The position numbers and the translations under genes were made by a program. DNA of 64,000 nt, from positions 62,001 through 126,000 of the forward strand of contig JAMDHS010000006.1 of assembly GCA_029717555.1 (NCBI GenBank). Direction: 5' to 3'. The DNA comes from Peribolospora baueri (lineage: Eukaryota). The notes under the pieces were generated by a model. The model saw only the letters and a program-made list of their open reading frames with translations, made no database searches and was not told the DNA's origin. The stretch's first letter is position 1. Every line of letters starts with the position of its first letter. Shown here piece after piece: positions 40,100 through 53,383 of this stretch.

Positions 40100-42786
40100 A
40101 TGGCTCCCAGCGTCGATCTCGTCGAGCCTATGCGCGCCGGCGAAGACGGCCCCGTCATCGCCGGCAAGGCCGCCACAGTCGAAGACGTCGCGGATGCGGT
40201 GGACGAGGCCGCCGCCCAGACGCAGGGTGGTGATACCGCTGACGGGGTGGCGGTGCCGAAAGCTGCTCCACGGTTTGCGTCGGGCATGATTTACCCCCCT
40301 CCGGACCTTCGAAGTGAGTGGCGGTTCCGCCTCGTTCTTTCTGGACTTACCATCGCTGCACCTTCTTACGTCTTGCCTCTAAACTGTTTTGCAGGCATCG
40401 TCGACAAGACGGCGCGCTTTGTAGCCCGCTCCGGCGCCCAATTTGAGGCCAAGATCCGCGAGTCGGAAAAAACCAATTCAAAGTTCGCTTTCCTGAACGA
40501 GAACGATCCGTACCACGCCTACTACCGCCATCAGATCGAACTTGCCAAGAGTGGCGCCGCCGATGGTGGCGTCACCCCGGCTGGAGCTGGGAGTGCGACA
40601 CCTGGACAGGCTGTTGCGGAGATCGAGAAGTCGGCGATGGAGGAGACGGCGAAGGCTGAGGAGAGCAAGCCTGAGGAGCCGGAGCCATACGAATTCTCCG
40701 TCGATCTTCCTACCATTACTGCCATGGATCTGTGAGTCTATCTCGCTTTTAGAGCTGGAGATTGACGTCGCAACGCTGACTTGCCTCCGGCTTTCAGCGA
40801 CATCTTGAAGCTCACCGCGCTCTTCACGGCCCAAAAAGGCCGGGCCTTCACACAAGCGCTCGCGCAGCGAGAATCCCGTTCGTTCCAGTTTGATTTCCTC
40901 AAGCCTACCCACTCGCTTTTCGGCTACTTTAATCGGCTTGTCGGCCAGTACTCTAGGGTCCTCATGCCGCCGGAAGGAACGGAGGAGGGATTGGAGCGGT
41001 GGGCGGGTAAGAAGGGCAGGTGGAACGCGCTAGAAGATGCGAAGAAGCGGGTGGAGTGGGAACGATGGATGAGGGAACGAAGAAGGAAGAAGGAGGAGCA
41101 AGGGGAAAAGGAGAAGCGTAAGTTTTGGCCCTTACATTCGTCATCGCCTCGACAGTTTCTGACTCCAGTTCCGCGTTTCGCTCCTCTTTCTGTAGAGGCG
41201 TTTGCCGAGATCGACTGGCAGGACTTTGTGGTGGTTGCCACCGTCGAGTTCACGGACCAGGACGAATACATTGACCTTCCGCCGCCGCTGTCGCTCTCCG
41301 AGGTCGAGAACATGTCCATCGCGCAGAAGCGCATGGCGGCCATGATCATGGAGACTGAGGCTGGCGCAGCCGACCAGTCTCCGGCCGCTTCTGAGGCTGT
41401 CGGGCAGGGCGCGGCGACCACAAAGCCCGAAGCGGACGAGGGCGACGTGGAGATGGACATGGAAGATTCTGATGTGGAGGAGGAATCGGCGGCGGAGGAA
41501 AGGGCAGCAGAGAAGAAGGAACCGGAAGTGGTCCGACCATTGCCGACGGTGGGCGCACCAAATATGAAGATCAGGACGGATTATGTGCCGAAGAGTGAGT
41601 TCAATTGCCCTCCACCACTGCAACTGGCTTCTCCGTGTATTCACCTGTTTGATCCAATGTTCATGCAGCCTTGGCGAACAAGAACAAGGTCATCACGACG
41701 ACCTGTACGATCTGTGGCCAGCAGATTCCTGTGGACGAGATGTCAGAGCACGTCCGTATCGAGCTTCTGGACCCCAAGTATCGCGAGCAGGCCAAGGAGC
41801 TGGAACGACGGCGCGCACAGCAGGCGGAGCTCAACCAAGGCGCAGACCCGTCTCGCTTCTTGCAAAAGTTCGCTGCCTCGCGTACAGACATCTTCGGCGC
41901 GAAGGCCGCCGAGGAGGCGCGGCGGAAGAGGGAGGAGGAGGAGAATCAGCGGAGGAGGGAGAAGGAGAAGATTGTGTGGGACGGTCACGCCAACTCGAGG
42001 ATTGCGACCAAGGATCGGTTCCTGGGCACAGCGAACTTGGAAGAGCAGATCGCCAATATCAACAAGCGGCACATGCTCAACGTGCCCGAGAGCAACATCG
42101 GACCGCAGATGGGCCCCTCTCGGCCGGCGCCAGGGGCAGGCGGGGAAGAGTCTTCGTCTGCCTCGCCGCTGCCGGACGCGTTCGCGGCTGCGATCAGCTC
42201 GGCCGAAGCATCTGTTGGGCACACCCCTTCTGGGAAAGCGTCACCCCAGCCACCCGTGCCAGAAGGAGGAGTGGCGCCGTCTGCCGGTCCATCGGAGGAG
42301 GGCGCAGGGGCAAGAGCAGGAGCAGCTCCTGCCATCCACCCTTCACGCCTCGCGGCCATGTCTCACACGCGACCGCGTGAAGAGGACGAGAGTGACGCGG
42401 CGACTGCTGGAGAGCCTCCGGCGAAGCGTCAGACGTTGCAGCTTCCGACGAAAGTGCCCGGTCAGCCTCTGATGGCGGAGAGCGAGTGGATGCGGTACCA
42501 CCCAGAAAACATTTCCGTCCAGGTCACCCTCCCAGATGCACCGGATGTCGCGTCACAGTGTGATGGCACCACCTTCGTTCTCCAGGACCTGCCCCCCACT
42601 TTGCTCGTCACCACTCTCCGAGACCGCGTCCATGCAAAGCTCGAGGGCGCCGTCGCGGCCAGTAAGCTCAAGTTGACCATGAAGGGGAGCAACACGGTCC
42701 TGACGCTCAGCAAGACGCTTGCGGCGTACAACATGGAGGAGAGCGATGAAGTAGTCGTCAGCTTGAGAGACGCGAAGAAGAAGTGA
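40100..42786 (+). CDS. PRP21: Splicing factor SF3a subunit 1 (Prp21/SF3A1)
   Basis: Two SURP modules (IVDKTARFVARSG...DPYHAYY; QFDFLKPTHSLFGYF), IDWQDFVVV, HVRIELLDP, IVWDGH and a C-terminal ubiquitin-like domain. Confidence 0.95.
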
Positions 42787-43402
42787 TAAGTTGAGATGGG
42801 CTGGGGCGTGGCCTTCGTTGGCGGTGGGCCTCGAGAGGAAGAGGGTTGTGCGTGTGCTCGTGGCCTGTTCTCTGTTCCATCTTCTCCTTCCTTGTCATTT
42901 CTTTGTGTCCTCAGGTCGATGTAGGTCTTCGTATGTAGACTAGGGCGCCGTGCGTATCGTTTTGCGAGTGCTTGCAACGACCGGAGCTGGGTGTCAGAAG
43001 AAGTCTGTGTCGAGACTGATCACGTACACACTCAAGCCAGCCTAAGCAGCAGAGCGATCTCGATGATGCCGCCCGGGAGAGACGCTAGAGGTGCTTGAGA
43101 GGGTGACCCTGCCATGGACAATGTATCATTAACGGCTGCGACGCCTATCGGGCCTCATCGAGCGTTAGAGGTGCGACAGATGGAGGCCAAGACGGCCAGA
43201 CGGTGGTGACAAGAGCAAGGTGTGCGGGCGGCGTCGACGCGGAGATGCGAGGAGAAAGACGGCGGAAGGCGTTGACGTAGGGCGTCCATGGCCGGCCGTT
43301 GCACGAGTTGGTCTCTATTTATCGTGCTTGCGACGCTCGCCAGCTCCTCACCTTGCCAGCGACTTGCTCTACCATCTGGCACAGCATCACGGACTCCCAA
43401 AG

Positions 43403-44543
43403 ATGTGAGTGCGCCCTGTGTCGCTCCCCAGTCCTATCGGGGGCCCCCCATCTTTAGAAGAGAAGGGATACGAGCGTGGACTGACGACGATACGCTGACC
43501 CTTCTGTCTCATCCCCTCGCAACCCTTCGCTTCCCGGCCAACAGGAAGATCTTTCAGATCACGATATTTGCCACCCCCCCCGGCGTCAACGCCGTCCCTC
43601 TCGTCTCCGCTTCCGACCTGAGCAGCTTCGGCTTTCTACAGAGGGGCACCGTGGGGGATGTGATGAACTTTATGGCCAAGGTGGGCAGCGACCTATTTTA
43701 ATTGAGCTGAGCGCTCTCGGACGCCCGTGGTCCTAGACAAGTTAGTGGTCAGGATACCCCTGTTCTCACCGGAGTGCTCTCTCAATCCGTCGCGCAGACC
43801 GTCGCCGAACGAACGCCGCCGACGCAGCGCCAGTCGGTGCAAGAAAACTCGTACACCGCCCACGTCCACAACCGTCCCCCATCGGACGGCGTGTGCGGAG
43901 TGATCGTGTGCGACACGGAGTACCCCGTCCGCGTGGCGTTCTCGCTTCTCAACAAGCTCCTTGACGAGTTTGTCGTCAAGGTCCCCAAGGCGACGTACCA
44001 GGATCGGGTGAACCGCGCTTCGACGGGGGGCGCTGCGTCGGTGCCCAAAGAGGGCTTGCTGGGGCAGAACGAGTTTCCGCAGCTTGGGCAGTACATCGTC
44101 AGGTATCAGGACCCCAGACAGGCAGACAACATTATGAGGGTGCAGAACGAGCTGGATGAGACCAAGATCATCTTGGTGAGCGCGCCAACTACTCCGCTCT
44201 TTCCATCGATTGTCGCAAGATGCTGCCCAGAGTAGTCCTATGCTGACCCATCTGCTCGTCTGCCGCCCCATGTCGAACACCGCTTGCGTCAACTACAGCA
44301 CAAGACGATTGAGTCTGTACTTCAGCGTGGAGAGGAGCTGGATAAGCTTGTGGAGCGCTCCGAGAACCTGAGTACGCAGAGCAAGGCTTTCTACAAGACG
44401 GCGAAGAAGGTGAGAGAACCTTTACACGCCAAGTTGTTCAGCACGGCCTCGGGACGCGGGTTCTTAAGGGTTGACGTTGCTGACTCGTTGCTCTCGCTCT
44501 CGATTATCAAACCCAGCAAAACAGCTGCTGCATCATTGCCTGA
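43403..44543 (+). CDS. YKT6: Longin R-SNARE Ykt6
   Basis: MKIFQI...[64 protein letters not shown] and C-terminal QNSCCIIA* (CCaaX). Confidence 0.96.
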
Positions 44544-44850
44544 ATGCCCCTTTCCGTTCCTCCTCTCTTGCTTTCACCTTCCTTGCCCCCACCTGTCTTC
44601 CATAGACCACTCGTTGTCTACGAGCTTCTCTGCTCCTTACCTCGTATACTTGACTCCTCTCTATGCAAGGACCTTCGATACCCATTTCTGCTGGTGCCAC
44701 GCCAGCGCCTGTTGTCTTTATGATCGAGTCAGATTCGGATGGATGCTGAGCGTGATGTTCTCAAGTGGAAAGGTATCGTACACTGCTCGGCTCCTTCAAC
44801 TCGTCCTAAGTGCCCCGGCTTCAGAAAATTCCTACGCGACCCTGTGCACG

Positions 44851-46165
<1,315 letters not shown>

Positions 46166-46791
46166 TGGCGAAACCGCGACGAACGAGATGCAGGTCCTCA
46201 CAATCAACGCTTCTTCGCCGTCGTCCGCGGTGATGCGGCAGGGAGAGAGCGCCGCAGCCGATCGGCATACCGTGCAAAGCGACCGACGGATGCGATGCGC
46301 GCAGCAAGGAAAGGGAAAGGGTTGATATCATTCCAAGAGATCTACAACGGATATATCTTAAACACCATGGCCTATTACAGCATCGGACAAGGACGTGACG
46401 TTCATGCCCCCGGGTCCCACCATCACCGACTCAGCGGGGGAAGGGACGAATCGTCCCCAAGAGAGGGAAGGCTACCCTGCCAGGAACAGCGCACGACTCG
46501 GGTATGAGCGGGCCGAACGGCTAGACCCGTGCAATCATTCTCGTGCGCAGAGTGAAGGTTCACCTCGAGGACATGCCTGTTGCGGCAGCGGCACACACGG
46601 GTATCCCTACGGTCGGCCATTCATGGCGAATTTGAGGATCCAGCTAGGGTATTGCTTTTTTGATGCGCCGTGCGAATGTTCAAAGGCCTAGAGCATTACA
46701 CACGCCATCCGCGCTCGCTCCTGTATCACGCGGCTCAAGTTCCACGGAGTGAAATAGCGGCGTGAGACGTTCATGCAATTGTCTTTCCTCG

Positions 46792-49480
46792 TCAGCACTT
46801 CCTGAAGATGCCCCTTCGAGCTTCCTCCTCCCTGAGAAGACGCGCGGGTCGTGAGAACGAGGGTGGAATGACGAAGAATCTCAGTCAGAGAGCAACACTC
46901 AGGTCGGAGACCGAAAAGCCAACAGCCAACTCGCCTGTATTCGAACATGACCTGCACGCCGACGAACAGCACGGCACATGCGGCGAGGAGGAACCGTAGG
47001 CCTGCGGTGGAAGGAAGGTCGAAGACACAAGCGAAAGGAACAATGGAGCCAGAGGATGGAATGTGTGAGGAAGGGACCCAAAGTCGATTAGTCTATTCGC
47101 GACGCTTTCCACTCACCCTCCCAGCTTCCGACTAACTGCCCCAACATGTACCTCATTCCGTCAATGCCAATGACGAACCCGACCAAATTGGCCGTCATCA
47201 TCATGAGCACGTTGCCCACACCTCCAAGCGCGCACACGTGTCGGTACCATTTTCTCTCTCCGTATTTGGACGCGGGAATGAGCGCACGGCAGATGAGCTC
47301 GGGGGCGATGAAGAGGCTGACGAGCCAGCCCCAGGTGAGTAACTTCAGCTCGAGGTCGTGCCAGAGGGCGACGAAGGTGAACACGAGGGGAACGGAGAGG
47401 TAGAGTTTGGAGGAGCCGCCGACGGGGATGTACAGATAGCTGATTCATATGAGCCCGGGATGGTGCGGAGTTCTCAGTTCGATCGTTTTTGTATGCGGAG
47501 ATGAACGGATGAGTGCATGCAAGCCATCACTCGTAACTCACCGAACCACCCATAGGTTATAGCTCCGATGCCAGCTCCTCCAGAACCCGAGCGTTGAGTA
47601 ATTGTTGGCCATGCACCGGATCATGTTCTCCGGCGCGTCGACGCCGTCGGCCATTGCCCACAGTCGGAAGAAACGCCAAGGGAGGAGCAACTGCGCGGAA
47701 AATGGGTCGAGGTCAAGGATTGGAATGAGGCCGGCAGCTGTGCGAGTAAATCTGTCTGGCTACGGAGGACAAACGACGCACCTTCAACCAAACGACGATC
47801 AAGTTCCAAAATCCGATCATGCTGAGCTCGAAAGGCGTGTCGTCCGCCCAAGCGTGCGTGTTCTTGATGGCGACGACGTACATGAAATGGAGGGTGAACT
47901 CCATCGTCAACATGCAGCCTGCGAAGCGAAGGGCGTATAGGACCGTCGTTCGGAATGGGATACAGAGCGGTCGGTGGAGCTAAACGTAACGGAACAGTAC
48001 GCTGTGAGAATCAAACCAAACAACGACAGATCACGCGGAAAAGCTGTGGAGCTGTCCTCTTCACCTGCGACAAGAAGTTGTTGAACGACAGAATGGGCCC
48101 GGCGATGTAGAGCGGTGGGTAGAGCACATAGGAGAGGTAGTTTCGTATGGAGTATTCCTGCAGCGGGTGTGGTGTCACGACTCGTGCACGCTCTTCGGCG
48201 TAGGCGTTGGACGGTTCTGAGGGGGCGGTTTGTGTGTGGCCATTGGACAGCGGCTGATGCGACGGCGAAGCCAAAAGTAGAGAAGATTAAGAGCATGCAT
48301 GAAGATTTCAGTAGGCTCGCGATGCGTATTGCACATTGCTTACCCTGTACGTCTGACCCTGTTGCGCTTGGCGAGCCCAATGATAATCCATGTTGAAAGA
48401 GATAAGCCTCAGGATGGTGAAGTTGAACATGATGTGCCATCGGGGCATGAGTCCTTCGTAATCGTCCTACATGAATCGCAGTCAACGAGTACATGTCCTT
48501 GATGAATTCGCTTGATCGGCCTGGGGCGGTGATGAGGGAAAGAGCAGAGTGGAACCAGAATACGGGCTCACCAATTTGCCCAGTCCGGGCCACATGTTCG
48601 CATACTTGTAGCCCGAATACAGTTCATTGGCAAACAGGATCCCAATATTGAACGCCCAGGTCAATGCGGGACCGACGATCCTGACTCCGCCGGTCAGCCT
48701 GGAGAGAACGAAGTTGATGGCGAGGATAGCGAGGATCTTGAACGCGCTCGTGCCGTGCAAGCCCACGAGAAAGAGGGTGGAGAAGCCTAGCAAGAATATT
48801 TGCCGGTGCCAGCCAAATAGCTGACCGCGCGCACTAAGCGCTCGTCGGCCGACCAGCAGCGCATACAGCTTCGATGCGAGGAGATATAAGGCGAAGAGGA
48901 GGAGGAGAACAGGAAAGTGATCGCGGAAGGAGCGGTATTGGATATCGCTGTTATCCTGAGTGGTATATAACAAGCAAGGATAAGACAGTGTGGGCGGGAA
49001 TATAAGAGAGACGGTGGAAGGAGTGCTCACGACTTTTCGTCCTGGGATCCAGCCGTCGTCGAGCTCGTAAGAGAATGCCAAGTAATTCCGGTGCGAGGCT
49101 GCAACCGGATTGGCCAGCGTCAGTCTCACAACCCTGCAGTACCAGATGCTATGACTTTCAGCTCCCACGTCATAGTACTCACATTGGCTAAGGTCTATGG
49201 GCACTTTAACCATCACGGGCACCATAACGACGAAGACAAGTCCATAAAACAAAAACTCCGGCGTCCTCCATCTCGGTGGTTTCGTCTGCAGGCCTTCGGG
49301 AAGCCGCGAGTCGTCCGGAGTAGCAACGGTAAACGCCGCAATGCCTCTGCGGCCGGCATTTGCACCCACACTGGCGTAGGTGCCATATCGTTCGGGGTAT
49401 ACATGTTTGTTGGAAGGTGAGGAGGTGGAGGTAGCCACCGCCGCGCCGCGGTCGCCCATAGGGATGACGACGTCTGGCAT
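46792..49480 (-). CDS. GUP1: MBOAT family O-acyltransferase Gup1/HHAT-like
   Basis: PRWRTPEFLFY, DNSDIQYRSFR, YPPLYIAGPILSFN, PENMIRCMANNYS, FWRSWHRSYNLW, FTFVALWHD and QVMFEY-REEEARRGIFRKC*. Confidence 0.93.
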
Positions 49481-49908
49481 GCGGACGGTGAGGCGAGAAA
49501 GGAGATGTGAAAGCTCAGAGGCCGTATGATACCGGCCGCACTGATCCTGTCATCGACGGTGGCTGTGGTAGTCGAGGATATCCTCTCTGCTGTCGTCGTC
49601 GTCGTCCTTCCTACTCCATGTTCATCTCGCGCCGATCTCACAAGACCTGAGCCACGTGAGCCAAGTCGCCGCAGCCGGTGAAAGAAATCCCAATCTGGCC
49701 CGACCCGAGTCGAGAAGGTCAACAAGATTGCGGCGCCGTCATCTTCTACCATCCCAATCGCTCTTCCCTCTTCTCTCGCCATCCTCATCTCGTTTCCTTC
49801 ACAGTTCCCTCCGCACTCTACACGACGAGAGGGTTGCCACTCCCGGACTTTCTTGTGTCCCGCTGTTTTTGTTTTTCCGCTGGTGCATCGACGTACCTCT
49901 GATCGGAT

Positions 49909-51038
49909 ATGGCGCACGCCGATCACACCAGGGATCCATGGTGAGCGTCGAATTCCCAACGCACGGATTTTAAAGTTGACCCGAATGCGGCTCTGATCTC
50001 CCGTTTTATATTTTTTTTCTCGGGGACGGACACGCAGCCCATGGGTGATTTTGAATGACACGGGAGGAGCGTTCGCCATGGGCGCGATTGGCGGTACGAT
50101 TTGGCACGGCATCAAGGGAGCGAGGAATAGCCCGAGGGTGAGCGATCGTTGTAGGCCCTGGGGTTTCCAGTGTGCTTTGGAGATGGTGCTACGAGGGTGT
50201 GATTGCAGTGTCTTGGCGCCGTTGGACTGGAGGAGACCACTCATATGGAGGCAGACTGTGTTCTTGCGAACGCCACACGCGCTTTTCACATCCGTGCTGA
50301 CGCCGATCTTCGTTTGTACAGGGAGAGCGACTGATCGGCTCTCTCGGAGCGATCAAATCTCGAGCACCGATATTGGGAGGTAACTTCGGCGTGTGGTGCG
50401 GCCTCTTCTCCACCTTCGATTGTGGAGTCAAGGGCATCCGACAAAAGGAAGACCCTTGGAACGCCATCATCTCTGGATTCTTGACCGGTGGCACGCTCGC
50501 CGCGCGAAGTCAGTCGCTTTGCCACATGAGCCTTCCTTCCATCATCTGTCTCCCGGAGAGGCCTTTGCTTATCCATTCGTCGCTTTGTTGTCTGACAGGT
50601 GGACCCAAGGTTGCCTTCGGTCAGGCAGTGGGATGCGGTATTTTGCTTGGTGTTTTCGAAGGTGAGCTTGTCCTTTGTGCTTTGTTTTTGAATATTGTCC
50701 ATGCTCATTTCTGCGTTATTCTTTCAAGGGATCGGCGTTCTCTTCGGTCGGATGATGTCCGACATGAACCGACCGGTGATGCCTCAGGTGTGTAAGCGTC
50801 CCTCATCACTTGGCAGAGAGTTGCACGCTCACTCTTCCCCGCAAAACCTCTGCCTTGTTTGTGCGCTGCCGCTCGTCAACGTCCAACCAGATCGTGAGTA
50901 CGACAGTCTTGGATGCCGCATTGCAAAGGTCAGTAAATGGACCTAACCCATCCTTTATTTCTCATCGGACAGCCGGACAGCCCACCTCAGCCAGCAGGAG
51001 CAGCGCAACCAATGTCTCCCACCGCGAGCCCGGCATGA
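49909..51038 (+). CDS. TIM17: Mitochondrial inner membrane translocase subunit Tim17
   Basis: [46 protein letters not shown] and [18 protein letters not shown]. Confidence 0.96.
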
Positions 51039-51934
51039 TCGAACCTTCAGCACTACTCATGTTTCTCCGCCCTACGTCCACCACACGCGCATGGCTCGTT
51101 CTCGCTCTTGCAAACATGTCCTTTTCCCCTCTGCCTGGATACACCCGCACCGCCCTTTCAGCGCTCGAATCCGGCAGGATCAGACGATCATCTTACCTTT
51201 CCACCACTCATCATCCCTTATTCTCCGTCCTCTGTTTCGTTCTTCTCCTCCAAGAGAAGTGTACCTGTATATTTTTTGTCGCTCTGCGCGCCGTCCCGAG
51301 TGCGGCCCTTTTTTGCCGACGCGGGCCGGTGCGTATAGAGAGAGAGCGGCGCCAAAAGGAAAAGACCGATGACGTCTCCATCGCGTGCAGCCTAGCATTG
51401 CGCCGTGACCTCACAAAGCGCCGGCCGTGTTGCAAGTACACGCGGTGGGGACAGCGTCGTGACGAGCAACTGTAACCGCTTGCTATTGTTTTCGACCAAG
51501 GATCGTAGCTGCAAGCGAGTTGTGTCGAACGCGCACGTACTTCCACGTACCGTGGCGCTGCCACGCAGCGGCAAACAAAAGACTCTTCCTCTGTTGAGAC
51601 TTGGTCTCACTGCGCGTATTGTTCTACGCTCATTTCATGGTCGTTCACCCATCCGAAGAGGACGTGTACATGTAAAGCTATAAAAGTAGCTACAGTCACG
51701 CGTCCTCCAACCGGTGAATAATGAGAATTCGTCCTTACGTCTTCCAGTTCACTTGCTACGGTGGCAACAGCTACGCTAGTTCCTATTGTGCGTTGTACCA
51801 ATTTCTGGCGGGGATGTGACATTGAGAGAGAGAGAGAGCGCTGAACCTCACGGCAAGGAAGTTCCCGTCGATGAACAGAGCAACTCACCAGGTCAGTCGC
51901 GAGGAAGAGTCGGACGTGTCGGGTGCGAGGCGCT

Positions 51935-53021
51935 TCAGAGGAGACTATTCGCCACCAGTTTCGGGATTTGGACGCTAGACGGGTCAACTGAACGCTCGCT
52001 CACTCTCCAGCTCGCAGAGGGCGGAGGCAAAGAGATATCCAAAGACATCTCATGGCGTAGATGGAGATAACTTACTCATTCCCGGCGCAATGCCAGACCT
52101 GTTCGTCGGGCCTGAAAAAAGTCGGAGTATTGATGGCCGACCCGACGCGACACGACGGAAAGATGAACATGGAGACCTTGCGCCCTCTTGGGCTAGATCC
52201 AAAGGAGAAGAGGCTCACGGGATTCCGTAGCGCAAAACGAGTTCGAGCAGTTGGGGACCTTGACCTCGTTTCCGCATGCCATCAAGTGTGGAAAGCTCGA
52301 CGACGGAGAGGTTGGCTGGAAACTCGATTTGGAGGCGCTAAAGGCGCGGAGAAGTTGGGGAAGGCAAAGTGGAAACCGTGAGAGCAGCTGGTTGGTATGC
52401 TCTCCCATCCCCGTATACGTCGCACGACAACGCGAAGAGTATCGAGAAAGTCCGTCGGCAACTTTCTTGCTCACCTGAAATGTTGCTACGTCCCTCCTCA
52501 GCTCGTGTTCGACAAGGGTGAGCCTTCCCTTTTTGCGGACGGCCCTTGCGGCGCACTCATCCACAAGGACCTGTACTTTGTCTTTTCTTTCGAGTGCATC
52601 GATCCACACCATGTCTTCGAGGCCCGCGTCGAAGGGGTATGGCTGACTTGGCGAGCGCCGTAAGTGAATGTGTCTGTTGACGGCGCCGCATCGTATCAGA
52701 GTTCGAAAGGGGCCCGAGGTAGTTTAAGCTCGCCGACCTGTCTGCAACCGTGTGTAAACGGTCGATTCACTAGTGGTGGACATTATAAAACACGAGCTGC
52801 TGTTGGTCCCTTTCGATGGGCGGCTCGGCACAGGTAAAACCGGCTTCGAAAGCACGGAGTAGCAAGCTGAAGACGGAGGATGCGGTCAGAGCTGAACAGA
52901 GAGACCAGGGGGAAGATGAGCAGTCGACGTTCAGACGGAACGGAGAGACAGACGCCCGCTCGAGGGGCGCCACCGATCCGTCCAGTCCAAATAGAGCGAC
53001 GGCGGCATAAATAGAGGGCAT
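51935..53021 (-). pseudogene. Degenerate QIP/GFD2(YDR514C)-like DEDDh RNase-H-fold exonuclease gene with in-frame TAG-TGA
   Basis: Manually spliced exons give ...AFEAGFT...VHH**IDRLHTVADR-HIHLRRSPSQPYPFDAG...LTLVEHELRRDVATFQ-RLQIEF...GPQLLELVLRYGIP-PDEQVWHCAGND-VQIPKLVANSLL*. This resembles the family motifs LVGH...D, L..L...LGI and LHNAGND. Confidence 0.45.
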
Positions 53022-53383
53022 GAGCGAAAAGTGGCGGAGGACAATAGGCCTCGCTGAGCTCGTCGCTTGCGCTCAGTCTGCATCTTCCTTGCTGGCATCG
53101 AGGGGGACGAGGGTTAGAAGTTGTGGTTACAAACGGACGACGGCGCGTGGAAGGCAACCTTGACAGGCGTGTGCGGCGAACGATATCCGGACGGCCCGCC
53201 CGAAAGTGCGGCTTAGATAAACAGGTCGGATTTACTTAATGGATGGCCGCAGCGCAGAGAACAAAGCAGAGCAAAACAAATGAGCAGAAGGCTCGCGTTC
53301 GGTTGCCAAGGACCGACCGGAAGCAGCTCGGACATGCCACTCCCTACAGGGACGACACGGTAGCAAGCCAAAGCCGGCCTCTG

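Noticed and set aside
49213..50289. 358-aa minus-strand ORF
   Set aside because: Antisense to TIM17 and spanning the promoter and an alternative frame of GUP1; no recognisable domain.
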